Source: Alphaproteobacteria bacterium (GTDB lineage Bacteria > Pseudomonadota > Alphaproteobacteria > Rs-D84). From it: a stretch of DNA of 64,000 nt. Every line of letters begins with the position of its first letter. Position 1 is the stretch's first letter. The position numbers and the translations under genes were made by a program. The stretch spans positions 10,996-74,995 of the forward strand of contig JAFZUT010000023.1 of assembly GCA_017618175.1 (NCBI GenBank), given 5' to 3'. This document shows positions 15,304 through 24,684 of this stretch, piece after piece. Below the pieces are notes generated by a model. That model was not told the DNA's origin. It saw nothing but the letters and a program-made list of their open reading frames with translations, and did no database searches.

Positions 15304-16262
15304 TAACAGACTACCAGGTAAAAATTTTTGACGAAAAAATCAGGGCCGCCCGGTCGATTGTTCTGTGTGCACACAAGAATCCAGATGGTGACGCGTTGTG
15401 TTCTGTGTTGGCGTTGGCGCACCTGATTGAATTGAATTATGGTAAAGAGGTTACATGCCTGTATGATGGAAATATTCCAGATAATTTGGATGAAGTTCCG
15501 TTGCGTAAAAAGGTCAAATATTATGAACGGGTTGAAGACGATATGCCCGTTGATGTTGCGATAGTGTTGGATTACGGAATTGAAAAAAATATTGGTGGTC
15601 CGCACAGGTTTGTTGAACGTGCCGATTTTGTGATTGAAATAGATCATCATATAAATCACAACAAGATTGGTGGGTTGTGCATTGATAATGAAGAAGCCGC
15701 TTCTACGGCCGGAATAATATATCAATTGATGATTGCCGCCGGATGGACGTGGGATATGACGGTGGGTCGTTTGATTATGACCGGAATAATAACAGATACG
15801 GGTTGTTTCAAATATGTTAAACACGGCGTGGTTATGCGTATAGTCGCAGATTTGATTGATGCGGGTATTGATATTCAGCGAATTATAAATGATTTGTCGA
15901 ACAAACCGCGCAAAACCGTTGTGACCGAGGCCGCCGCCGTTGGTGCCGCCGAATTCTTTTTTGGAAACAAATTGGCTGTCGTGATTATCGATAATAAACA
16001 ATACAAAAATCTGGATGGACGCGGCGAGACCGTTTTGAATTTGTTGGGTCAAATTCGTGGTTTGGAATATATGGTTTTGTTAAAGGAACAAAAGCAAAAT
16101 CAAATAGGTGTTTCTTTGCGTGGTCGCAGGCACGCGATTGATAAAATCGCCGTGGAATTGGGTGGGGGCGGACACGAATTTGCCGCCGGTGCCATTGTGC
16201 ACGACACATTAGAAAACGTAAAAGAACGCGTTTTAGAATTGTTTAAGGGGGTTGTAAAATGA
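15300..16262 (+). CDS. nrnA: DHH/DHHA1 phosphoesterase (NrnA-like oligoribonuclease/pAp phosphatase)
   Basis: HKNPDGDALCS, EIDHH and GGGHEFAAGA motifs. Overlaps the recJ stop. Confidence 0.8.
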   Translation: MITDYQVKIFDEKIRAARSIVLCAHKNPDGDALCSVLALAHLIELNYGKEVTCLYDGNIPDNLDEVPLRKKVKYYERVEDDMPVDVAIVLDYGIEKNIGGPHRFVERADFVIEIDHHINHNKIGGLCIDNEEAASTAGIIYQLMIAAGWTWDMTVGRLIMTGIITDTGCFKYVKHGVVMRIVADLIDAGIDIQRIINDLSNKPRKTVVTEAAAVGAAEFFFGNKLAVVIIDNKQYKNLDGRGETVLNLLGQIRGLEYMVLLKEQKQNQIGVSLRGRRHAIDKIAVELGGGGHEFAAGAIVHDTLENVKERVLELFKGVVK

Positions 16263-16873
16263 GAAGATTTTTAATTGCGTTTATCGGTGTAATGTTTGCA
16301 ACGTCCGGTTTCGCGGCGGTGGATGGCAATTTAATTACGCGCGCAGAAAAATATTTGAATTCGGTTACGGGGCTGGCCGGTGACTTTGTTCAAACAAATA
16401 ATGGAAAAAAAGAGCAGGGGACTTTTTCAATGTTGCGCCCGGGGCGTGTGCGTTTGGATTATAAAAATATGCCGGTGCAATTGATGGCGGACGGCGCAGA
16501 TTTATATTTCTATGATAAATCTTTGGACCAGATTACAACAGTGCCGCTTACCAGTACGCCCGCCGGAATTTTGGTGCGTAAAAAGATAGATTTGCAAAAT
16601 GCCGATATTCACGTTATCGACACGACCGAATCCAAAGATACCTTCACACTAAAAATGAATCTGCGGGGTCAAGAAGGTTTGGGTAATATGTCGGTTGTAT
16701 TTAATAAAATGCCTGTTGCGTTAAATTCTTGGACGATTGTTGATGCAACCGGAAACAAAACGGATGTTAAATTTAGTAATTTGAAACCGAAAACAAATTT
16801 TGGAAAAAATTATTTTCAAATTCAACGTCACAAAACGGTCAGTACCAGTGGCGGTGATGATTTCTATGATTAA
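16259..16873 (+). CDS. lolA: Outer-membrane lipoprotein carrier LolA
   Basis: Signal peptide. LAGDFVQ...GTFSMLRPGRVRLDY...LYFYD pattern. Confidence 0.75.
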   Translation: MRRFLIAFIGVMFATSGFAAVDGNLITRAEKYLNSVTGLAGDFVQTNNGKKEQGTFSMLRPGRVRLDYKNMPVQLMADGADLYFYDKSLDQITTVPLTSTPAGILVRKKIDLQNADIHVIDTTESKDTFTLKMNLRGQEGLGNMSVVFNKMPVALNSWTIVDATGNKTDVKFSNLKPKTNFGKNYFQIQRHKTVSTSGGDDFYD

Positions 16874-16875
16874 AT

Positions 16876-17151
16876 ATGTTTGGAATAAGTTGGGCGGAAT
16901 TTATCGTAATTTTGTTGGTCGCAGTTTTGGTTGTGCCTGCGCGGTATTGGCCCGATGTTGCGCGCGCATTGGCGCGGGCCGTTAAATTTATTCGGGAAAT
17001 AGTTTGGAAAATTACGGATGCGGGCGAAAAAATCAAAGAACAAATCGAATTGGAAGAACCGATAAATGACATTATGAATACCACAACGCGGGATGTGCTG
17101 GACGCGTTTTCGGTGAAAAAAACACGGCGACGGGGGCGGGCGAAAAAATGA
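16876..17151 (+). CDS. tatB: Twin-arginine translocase subunit TatB
   Basis: MFGISWAEFIVILLVAVLVV N-terminus. Overlaps the tatC start. Confidence 0.8.
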   Translation: MFGISWAEFIVILLVAVLVVPARYWPDVARALARAVKFIREIVWKITDAGEKIKEQIELEEPINDIMNTTTRDVLDAFSVKKTRRRGRAKK

Positions 17152-17852
17152 AAAAGATGACATTGATGCAACATTTTGCCGAACTGCGCCGCCGGATTTT
17201 ATGGACGGTTGCTTTTTTCATTGTCGCGTTCGGTCTGGGTTGGTTTGTTGCGCCATTTATCCAAGAATTTTTAACGGCGCCATTGATTGATGTTTGGGAT
17301 GATGCGCAATTGCTCTATACGGGAATAACCGATGGGTTGATGATTCAATTGTCATTGGCATTGTTGATTGCGGTTATGTTGACCACGCCATTTGCATTGT
17401 GGCAAATTTGGGCGTATGTCGCGCCGGGATTGCATAAGAATGAGCGGAATTTTATCGTGCCGATTTTTGTCATGTCGCCGATTTTGTTCCTGGCCGGTGC
17501 GGCGTTTGCGTTTTACCTGTTATTTCCAACCGTGTTCAGGTTTTTTATAGAATTGAACGAATCGGCGCCGGTGCCGGTGATAATAATGCCGGCGGCACGT
17601 GATTATTTGGGCTTTGCCATCAGTTTGTTAAAGGTTTTTGGAATTGCATTTCAATTACCATTGGTTATGGTTTTGTTAAATCGTGCGGGCGTGTTGTCGC
17701 GCGAACGCGTTGTCGCGATGCGGCGATATGCGATAATCTTTATAGTGATTGCGGCGGCGGTTTTGACGCCCCCGGATGTTGTTTCGCAAATATTACTGGC
17801 CGTACCAATGTGGGCATTATTTGAAGCCAGCATTTTATTTATGAAGAAATAA
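17148..17852 (+). CDS. tatC: Twin-arginine translocase subunit TatC
   Basis: 234 aa with six TM segments. HFAELRRRIL N-terminus and LTPPDVVSQ motif. Confidence 0.9.
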   Translation: MKKMTLMQHFAELRRRILWTVAFFIVAFGLGWFVAPFIQEFLTAPLIDVWDDAQLLYTGITDGLMIQLSLALLIAVMLTTPFALWQIWAYVAPGLHKNERNFIVPIFVMSPILFLAGAAFAFYLLFPTVFRFFIELNESAPVPVIIMPAARDYLGFAISLLKVFGIAFQLPLVMVLLNRAGVLSRERVVAMRRYAIIFIVIAAAVLTPPDVVSQILLAVPMWALFEASILFMKK

Positions 17853-17900
17853 CCGGCACAGAATATTTATTTTATGTCTTTTTTGTGATATAATTCGGGT

Positions 17901-19448
17901 ATGAGGAATTTTTGGACGGCTTTGGTGGCGTGTGTTTTTGGCGCGTTTTTGGCGTCGTGTGATTTACAGCCTAAAATTACCGCACTGCCCGATACGGTTG
18001 GGGATTTTATATCTGCGCGTTATCCCGCGATGTTGGCCGATCCCGATACGGAGCCAGAAATATATAATTCTGCGGTTTCAGATTATGGCGTGTATGCGTC
18101 ACCAGAACTGTATGGTTCGGTTGGTATGGATGACTATGTGAACTATGCCGCGGTCGATGATTATATATTGAAACCGGAACCAGAAGTCGAAGTAGTTGAA
18201 CCAAAAACTGAACCGGAACGTGCGGAACCAGTGGAATCCGCAACGCCCGTTACGGATGATATGCCAGACGAAGTTACGACCGAACCGGACGATGTACTGG
18301 ATATTCCAGAGTATAAAAATGATGAGTTAAATGTTCCGGCGCGCGCGGCACCCGGCGCGATTGTCGTGCGGCGTGGCGATACACTGTATGCGATTGCGCG
18401 CGAAAACAATACTACGGTTGCGGATTTGGCGCGCGCGAATAATTTGACGGAACCATACATAATAAAAATAGGGCAAACTTTGAAATTAAAATCCGAACCT
18501 GAACCGGTCAAGGCGCCGGCGACCGAGAAAAAGCCCGAGGCCGCAAAACAACCAACAACAAAACCAATCGAACAAAAAGCCGAGACAAAACCGGTCGAAT
18601 CAAAAAAGGTTGAACAGAAACCTGTTGCGACAAAGCCGGTTGCAAAAACCGTGACAGAAAAAAACGTTCGTGTGCCATTGAAAACGATAACTGTGGCGCG
18701 TGGCGATACACTGTATTCGTTGTCGCGGAAATATGAAATTCCGGTAAATGATTTGGCGGTTATGAATGATTTGCGCGCGCCGTTTGCGCTGAACGCGGGG
18801 CAAAAACTGCGCGTGCCCGATTTGCCAGAACCAAAGGTTAGTGCGCCGGTGGCTTCAAGTCCCGCCAAAGTCGCAAGTCAACCCAAGGTGACATCAAAAT
18901 CTGCAACAGAGAAACCCGCATCCACCAAAAGTGTGACCGAAAAGCCAAAGTCAAAAACAGTGGAAAAAACGCCGGCGAAAAAAACAACCAAACCGGCACA
19001 AACAAAAACCGAATCGAAACCGCAAAAACAAACGGCGCAGACAAAATCGCAATCGGTGCCATCGCGGTCATCGTCTAAATTTACTTGGCCGGTACGCGGA
19101 ACGATTTTATCGCACTATGGTGCCAAGACGGGTGGGTTGTATAATGACGGCATAAACATATCTGCGGCAACGGGTACGACGGTGGTCGCGGCGGAAAATG
19201 GCGTGGTTGCATATGCCGGAAACGAAGTCAAAGGTATGGGAAATTTGATTATAATTCAACACGAAGGTGGCTGGATGACGGTATATGCGCATTTGAATTC
19301 TATGGCGGTGCGGCGTGGCGTGCGCGTTTCGGTCGGTCAAAAAATCGGCACTGTTGGTCAAACAGGCAAGGTGACCAAACCCCAGTTGCACTTTGAAATT
19401 CGCAAAGGAACCAAATCTTATAATCCAACGAATTATTTGAAAAAGTGA
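17901..19448 (+). CDS. LysM-domain M23 peptidase (NlpD-like)
   Basis: Two LysM repeats (VRRGDTLYAIAR..., VARGDTLYSLSR...), low-complexity K/P/E/T linkers, and a C-terminal M23 domain (GINISA...GNLIIIQHEGGWMTVYAHL...LHFEIRKG). Confidence 0.88.
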   Translation: MRNFWTALVACVFGAFLASCDLQPKITALPDTVGDFISARYPAMLADPDTEPEIYNSAVSDYGVYASPELYGSVGMDDYVNYAAVDDYILKPEPEVEVVEPKTEPERAEPVESATPVTDDMPDEVTTEPDDVLDIPEYKNDELNVPARAAPGAIVVRRGDTLYAIARENNTTVADLARANNLTEPYIIKIGQTLKLKSEPEPVKAPATEKKPEAAKQPTTKPIEQKAETKPVESKKVEQKPVATKPVAKTVTEKNVRVPLKTITVARGDTLYSLSRKYEIPVNDLAVMNDLRAPFALNAGQKLRVPDLPEPKVSAPVASSPAKVASQPKVTSKSATEKPASTKSVTEKPKSKTVEKTPAKKTTKPAQTKTESKPQKQTAQTKSQSVPSRSSSKFTWPVRGTILSHYGAKTGGLYNDGINISAATGTTVVAAENGVVAYAGNEVKGMGNLIIIQHEGGWMTVYAHLNSMAVRRGVRVSVGQKIGTVGQTGKVTKPQLHFEIRKGTKSYNPTNYLKK

Positions 19449-19605
19449 TTTGTATAAGTGGTTAGTCCGTCTTCGCGCTAATCATGAAATTTGTATTGTA
19501 ATTATAAATTATGCTTTTGGCCCGTCTTCGTTCGCATAGCGAACTCCGCCGCGGCACTAAAAATTTTTAGGCCCGCACTTTTATGTGCGGGCCAACAAAT
19601 TTTTG

Positions 19606-19681
19606 TGGTGGGCGCATGGGGACTCGAACCCCAGACCCACTGATTAAGAGTCAGTTGCTCTACCAACTGAGCTATGCACCC
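19606..19681 (-). tRNA. tRNA-Lys (anticodon CUU), CCA encoded
   Basis: Reverse complement GGGTGCATAGCTCAGTTGGTAGAGCAACTGACTCTTAATCAGTGGGTCTGGGGTTCGAGTCCCCATGCGCCCACCA folds as a cloverleaf. Anticodon loop is CT-CTT-AA. Confidence 0.93.
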
Positions 19682-19865
19682 ATGGATCTTTTAGACCCGC
19701 AAATTATATAACCTTTTTTCAAAATTGCAAGTTTTTATCGTATGCCGCGCGTGCCGTGGCATAGAAAGGTATCCATACCTATATAAACTTTCATATCCAC
19801 ATGGTAAGATTTAATTGTCAAAGAGTGTCAATGCACCCTTAGAAACAACAAAAAAAGGAGAAAAA

Positions 19866-20474
19866 ATGAAAAAAGTTGCAATTCCTGTTTTGACCGCATT
19901 GGTTGCGTGTCCCGCAATGGCCGGTCAACAATACCAAAACGAAAGTTTTTGGGATTCAATAAATCCGTATATGGCATTACGTGTCGGTGCGGGATATACA
20001 AATCATAATTACAGCTATAACGATAAAAAGGAATCTTTGACCGATGAAGAACTGCATGGTCGGGTTGCGCTTGGTTTGTCAATGTGGTGCAACAAGGCGC
20101 GTACTGAAATTGAATGGTCAATGTTCACCAAGACCAAAGATGACGCGTCTTTTGATACCCCAACCAGTATCAAGGTTGATACAAAGTTACAAACTTTGTT
20201 AATGAACGCGTATATGGATTTGGGTGATTATCAAATGATTCGTCCGTTTGTTGGCGTTGGTGCCGGTGTCGCGTTCGCCGATGTGTCACGCACGGTTCCA
20301 GGCGAAAGAGCGTACAATCGTGACCGGACACGTTTTTCTGCAATGGGAACAATGGGTGTGACGTTTGATTGGCGTGTATTTGCCGTTGATATGGCATTCC
20401 GTTATACATATGCAGATGTTAATTCGGGCCTGCATAATTTTGGTGGTGATATCGGTCTTAGATATATGTTCTAA
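19866..20474 (+). CDS. Small beta-barrel outer-membrane protein (OMP_b-brl / Opa-like)
   Basis: AAGGAG RBS, signal peptide ...CPAMA/G, alternating beta-strand pattern, and a C-terminal GLRYMF aromatic terminus. Confidence 0.75.
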   Translation: MKKVAIPVLTALVACPAMAGQQYQNESFWDSINPYMALRVGAGYTNHNYSYNDKKESLTDEELHGRVALGLSMWCNKARTEIEWSMFTKTKDDASFDTPTSIKVDTKLQTLLMNAYMDLGDYQMIRPFVGVGAGVAFADVSRTVPGERAYNRDRTRFSAMGTMGVTFDWRVFAVDMAFRYTYADVNSGLHNFGGDIGLRYMF

Positions 20475-20508
20475 GGATATGTTCCGCATAATTCAATCAA
20501 ATGTTGTT

Positions 20509-20540
20509 AGACCCCAAATGTATTTGGGGTCTTTTTTTTA
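20509..20540 (+). terminator. Intrinsic terminator
   Basis: AGACCCCAAA-tgta-TTTGGGGTCT followed by a T-run. Confidence 0.85.
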
Positions 20541-20609
20541 GGTAATCATACCTGGCGAAAAAATAAAGCGGATATAATATAATTTTTCATCGTAACCAAG
20601 GAGAAAAAA

Positions 20610-21167
20610 ATGAATAAAATTTTTACCAAAATGACAACTGTTACACTATCAATTATTGCGGCGGTAATACTGGCCGGATGCACTAATAATTGTGGTGGGC
20701 GTCATCATATGAAAAAGCATCATGAACATCGGGCTATGTCGCAACCACAAGAAGTGGTGGTATACGAAGCAAGTGAGACCGTAATCGCAGAAATGCCGGT
20801 CGCAAATGTTATGAAGGCACGGATGTACACTCGCAGCAGCCGTGGCGGAACATCGGAAATGGGCTATATAAAATTTGCGCCGTCTGATAATGGTGTAAAA
20901 ATGATGGTTGATGTCACAGATCTGCGACCGGGTAAAGAATATACCATGAAAATCTATCCGTGTGGTAATTGCAGTGACAGCAGTTGTTGCGCATCAAAAT
21001 GTATGAATGTTAAACTGCCTGTGTTAAGTATTGATGAGCCGGGTCGTTTAACAAAAACCTACAATGTTCGCGGTTTAACGTGTTCCGATTTGGCAAACGC
21101 CAAAATAATATTGACACGTGACGGTGGGTACAAAGCTGCGTGGGGCAGAATTTATCAGGCGAACTAA
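20610..21167 (+). CDS. Lipoprotein with a His-rich N-terminus and a Cu/Zn-SOD-like pattern lacking the metal ligands
   Basis: LAGC lipobox. RHHMKKHHEH tract. GYIKFAPSDNGVKMMVDVTDLRPGKEYTMKIYPCGNC resembles the SodC strand pattern without the His ligands. Cys-rich CGNCSDSSCCASKC. Confidence 0.45.
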   Translation: MNKIFTKMTTVTLSIIAAVILAGCTNNCGGRHHMKKHHEHRAMSQPQEVVVYEASETVIAEMPVANVMKARMYTRSSRGGTSEMGYIKFAPSDNGVKMMVDVTDLRPGKEYTMKIYPCGNCSDSSCCASKCMNVKLPVLSIDEPGRLTKTYNVRGLTCSDLANAKIILTRDGGYKAAWGRIYQAN

Positions 21168-21199
21168 AATTTATGCTTGTTTGTGTAATGGTGTAAAAA

Positions 21200-21227
21200 A
21201 CGGACGCGATACGCGTCCGTTTTTTTG
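21200..21227 (+). terminator. Intrinsic terminator
   Basis: CGGACGCG-ata-CGCGTCCG followed by T7. Confidence 0.85.
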
Positions 21228-21279
21228 TTAATAATTTTTTGCTTTAAGAAAGAAATCCTGTGTGTTAATATGCATTCAA

Positions 21280-22806
21280 ATGAAAAAATTTGCACATATT
21301 ATTTTGGGGATTTTATGTGTATTTTTGCCACGCGTTTGCGTGGGTTTGGATATTTCTGGTGATTATACTTTCGGTGATGAAATAGATACAAATGAAGAAA
21401 TTCATATTGTTGGGTTATGCAGTATCAAAAATTATGGGGTGTTGCGTGGTACAATAATAATAGATTCTGGGGCCACGGTGCGGTTTCAAAATTTTGGTGA
21501 AATAACATCGGTGTTTAATGTTGCCGATGATGTCGCGATTATCCAGAATGTGACTTCGGCGGATGATATGCACACATTGGGAAATCTGGCCGGGCATACT
21601 GTCCATGTGTCCACTTTAAATCCGGACGGAACAAAAGATATTCTTGATATGGCGGATTTCATAGATTTTGTTGCCGGTGCATCCAGTGTAGAGGTTGAAT
21701 CGGGTGCATTCATGATTGGTTCAAATGTTCCGGATAATAATATTCCAATTAATGTGAATAATAGAACCACTTTCTATATAAACGGTTTACCCGATGATTG
21801 GTCAAAACCGTTGGTCAAGGGTGTTGTGGGAACCCCATTTGTTGAAACCGTGGGGATTGACCCAATGTATGATGTAACTGTGGATTGGCATGGGCCGGAT
21901 TTATATTTGTCGGTTGTACGGCGCACAGATTATTCTGCGATTATGCCTGATACTAATTTGGGAAATTATTTGGATGAACTGCGTGATAAAAATCCAGATG
22001 ATAAATTATTGAATGCGTTGGACAACGCGACAAACCGGCGGGAACTAAATAAAATTTTATCAAAGTCTGCGCGGACAAATCCTATTAAACTGATGGACGC
22101 GCCACGGTCGATAAATACTTTCTATGATTCTTTTGCAATGGATGATGTTGCGTTCGGTATTATTGCGCGGCCGTTTTATATTTCTGCGGATGATTTCTAT
22201 TTTGTTGGTGGCGCGGTAAATGTCGCGGGCAAAATTGCCAATAATACCGTTGGAACGGTTGGTATTATTGGTGGAATGTTAAAATATAATGGCGATTATG
22301 ATGATTACAATGGCAATCTATACGGCGGAAATATTGGCATTCGTTATATGGATGATGATTTTTATTTGCGTGCATTTGGGACCGTGTCATATGCAATCTT
22401 TGATGACATATATGCATTTGATGGTACCCATATGGTGCAAGATGTAAATGGCGTTGGTGGTGTTGCCACCGTTGATACGGGTTTGGTCTATCAGGTTATG
22501 GACGAATTAAAATTGATACCTTTTGTTGGTGCGCGTGTTGACTATGCGTCTGTATTAAATGATACGAAAATTGACGGTGTGGCGCGTGCGGGAATCAATG
22601 CAAATGTTGATACAGATGTGGACGGTAATAAGTATAAATTTGGTGCACGTTTATTTGGACAAACAGATGGTGCCGTTTATGGTGGTATTTATACCGATAT
22701 GATGTCAACGGTTGATGGGGTTGGTGGTGGGGCATCGGTTGGCGTTTTGTATGACGATATGGGTTTGTCTTATAAATTGGAATTAAATGTAAAATTTGAA
22801 TTTTAA
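21280..22806 (+). CDS. Autotransporter-like outer-membrane protein
   Basis: Signal peptide MKKFAHIILGILCVFL. The C-terminal ~250 aa has a Gly/Tyr/Asp-rich alternating beta-barrel pattern ending ...LELNVKFEF. Confidence 0.55.
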   Translation: MKKFAHIILGILCVFLPRVCVGLDISGDYTFGDEIDTNEEIHIVGLCSIKNYGVLRGTIIIDSGATVRFQNFGEITSVFNVADDVAIIQNVTSADDMHTLGNLAGHTVHVSTLNPDGTKDILDMADFIDFVAGASSVEVESGAFMIGSNVPDNNIPINVNNRTTFYINGLPDDWSKPLVKGVVGTPFVETVGIDPMYDVTVDWHGPDLYLSVVRRTDYSAIMPDTNLGNYLDELRDKNPDDKLLNALDNATNRRELNKILSKSARTNPIKLMDAPRSINTFYDSFAMDDVAFGIIARPFYISADDFYFVGGAVNVAGKIANNTVGTVGIIGGMLKYNGDYDDYNGNLYGGNIGIRYMDDDFYLRAFGTVSYAIFDDIYAFDGTHMVQDVNGVGGVATVDTGLVYQVMDELKLIPFVGARVDYASVLNDTKIDGVARAGINANVDTDVDGNKYKFGARLFGQTDGAVYGGIYTDMMSTVDGVGGGASVGVLYDDMGLSYKLELNVKFEF

Positions 22807-24119
22807 TACAAAACAAATTTACCACGCAGTGATGCACGATTTGCCGCGGTAATTTTTATTTCGGCCATTGTTGGTGCGGTTCCGTCTTTGGGTTTTGCAA
22901 CGATACATTGTTGCATATATGGTGTTCGATAGAGCAGGTGACGACCGGTTTTATCTGCGCCTTCATATAAACATATTAGAACTTTATTAATGCAAGTTTC
23001 ATTAAATTCACGTTGAATCTCGTTTAGTGTGTTGTCCAATATTGCAAGCCTTTCGCGTTTGATGTTTTCTGGGACCTGGTTCGGCATCAATGCCGCCGCC
23101 GTATGCGGGCGCGGCGAATATTTGAAAGAATAAGAATTTATATAACGAACGCGCCGAGCAATATCCAAAGTTTGTTCAAAATCGGCATCTGTTTCACCGG
23201 GGAAACCAACAATAAAATCACTGGAAATTTGTATGTCGGGTCGCGCGTTGCGCAATTTGTTTATTATTTCTAAATATCCATCTAAACTGTACGGACGATT
23301 CATACGTTCAAGAACATCGGGTGAACCACTTTGAATTGGCATATTCAAAAATGGCAGAAGTTTTGGTTCAACCGCAAACATCTCAATAAGGTCATCCGTC
23401 ATTTCGGTTGGGTAACTGGATGTAAAGCGTATGCGTTGGATTTCGGGCATTTGCGCCGTGGCGCGTATTAAATCAGATAACTTAAATGTTTTGCCGTTTT
23501 CATCGGTGTATTTATATCCGTTGACATTTTGACCCAAGAAACAAATCTCGACCGCACCGGTTTTTGCGGCCGTGGTTGTGTCACGCATAACATCATCAAA
23601 TGAACGCGAAATTTCACGACCGCGAGTGTAGGGTACAATACAATATGTACAGCAATGATTGCATCCTTCTTGGATTGGAATATAAGATACAACCGGCGCG
23701 TGCGTCATTTGGGGCAATTCATCAAATTTTTCAAGTCCGGTTAAGTCAATGTTTAATAACCGTGTGTCCGGGTCATCCAATATCATTGGTAATTTATGAT
23801 AACTTTGTGGGCCTAAAACAAAGTTCAATTCGGGGATTCGGTGAAACGCATTTGCGCCGGCTTCGCGTGCGACGCAACCAACAATACCAAAAATGGCATC
23901 TGGCTTTTTTGTGTCGCGTATACGCCCCAGTTCGGAAAATACTTTATTGGTTGCCTTTTCGCGAACCGAACAAGTATTCAGTATTATTATGTCTGCATCG
24001 GCAACATCGTTGGTTGCAATCATATCACGCGCGTCCAACATGGCGGCAATACGCCAACTGTCATACACGTTCATTTGACAACCAAATGTTTTAATAAAGT
24101 ATTTTTTCACCTTGGGCAT
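22803..24119 (-). CDS. miaB: tRNA-i6A37 methylthiotransferase MiaB
   Basis: FIKTFGCQMNVYDS (UPF0004 domain), radical-SAM CNHCCTYC, C-terminal TRAM domain. Confidence 0.92.
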   Translation of the reverse strand: MPKVKKYFIKTFGCQMNVYDSWRIAAMLDARDMIATNDVADADIIILNTCSVREKATNKVFSELGRIRDTKKPDAIFGIVGCVAREAGANAFHRIPELNFVLGPQSYHKLPMILDDPDTRLLNIDLTGLEKFDELPQMTHAPVVSYIPIQEGCNHCCTYCIVPYTRGREISRSFDDVMRDTTTAAKTGAVEICFLGQNVNGYKYTDENGKTFKLSDLIRATAQMPEIQRIRFTSSYPTEMTDDLIEMFAVEPKLLPFLNMPIQSGSPDVLERMNRPYSLDGYLEIINKLRNARPDIQISSDFIVGFPGETDADFEQTLDIARRVRYINSYSFKYSPRPHTAAALMPNQVPENIKRERLAILDNTLNEIQREFNETCINKVLICLYEGADKTGRHLLYRTPYMQQCIVAKPKDGTAPTMAEIKITAANRASLRGKFVLY

Positions 24120-24124
24120 TTTAA

Positions 24125-24298
24125 TTATCTTTGTTGGGGTCGATTGCTATGTTGCAGAATTGCGTTGGTTGCCGCGACCAAGCGTGCGCGCGCTTGTTTG
24201 AAATTTGTCGAAATCAAAGTATATGGTCTTGGAACCAATCTATAACTTTGGCCAAAGATGACATCGTAATCAAATTCCATTGTATATAATTCATCCAT
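24125..24298 (-). CDS. Small hypothetical protein (57 aa)
   Basis: Translated by hand: MDELYTMEFDYDVIFGQSYRLVPRPYTLISTNFKQARARLVAATNAILQHSNRPQQR. AAGGAG lies 6 nt upstream. Wedged between the 121-aa ORF and miaB. Confidence 0.4.
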   Translation of the reverse strand: MDELYTMEFDYDVIFGQSYRLVPRPYTLISTNFKQARARLVAATNAILQHSNRPQQR

Positions 24299-24314
24299 TG
24301 TTGTCTCCTTTATT

Positions 24315-24680
24315 TTATTTACATTGTGTACGGTTAAACAATTTCTGTTTTGTTTGATTATATTGTTTTATTGTGCGTTGCACTGCAGAATGTGGATGTT
24401 TGTTTTGTGTGTGTTTTGGAACATCTGGAATTATAATATCCGGTATTTGTAATTGCGCCTTTAATTTCATAATCTCTTGATAATAGTTTTCTATGATGGT
24501 TTCGGCAACCTTTTCCAATGTCATTCCAAACCCAGGAACATCTTTTTGAACACAAATTACAAGCGTGGCTTTCTCTTTTACATTTGTTGTTTCTATTTGA
24601 CGTATACGCAGTGTTTCTGCGATTTTTTGCGATTCGACCTCACTAAAACCTGGCCCAACATAGGCAATAATTTTGCTCAT
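24315..24680 (-). CDS. Hypothetical protein (121 aa)
   Basis: Starts 4 nt after the gatB stop. I recognise no motif. Confidence 0.5.
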   Translation of the reverse strand: MSKIIAYVGPGFSEVESQKIAETLRIRQIETTNVKEKATLVICVQKDVPGFGMTLEKVAETIIENYYQEIMKLKAQLQIPDIIIPDVPKHTQNKHPHSAVQRTIKQYNQTKQKLFNRTQCK

Positions 24681-24684
24681 ATTT

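Noticed and set aside
18161-18868. 235-aa minus-strand ORF inside the LysM/M23 gene. Similar long antisense ORFs lie at 13124-13729, 15252-16052, 34931-35542 and 50228-50794.
   Set aside because: All of these lie wholly within well-supported genes on the other strand. They have low-complexity or atypical composition and no RBS. They are shadow ORFs.
19449-19865. Possible integration hotspot or prophage remnant next to tRNA-Lys
   Set aside because: There is no integrase, no duplication of the tRNA 3' end and no phage genes. The flanking repeats belong to the short intergenic repeat families seen elsewhere in the window.
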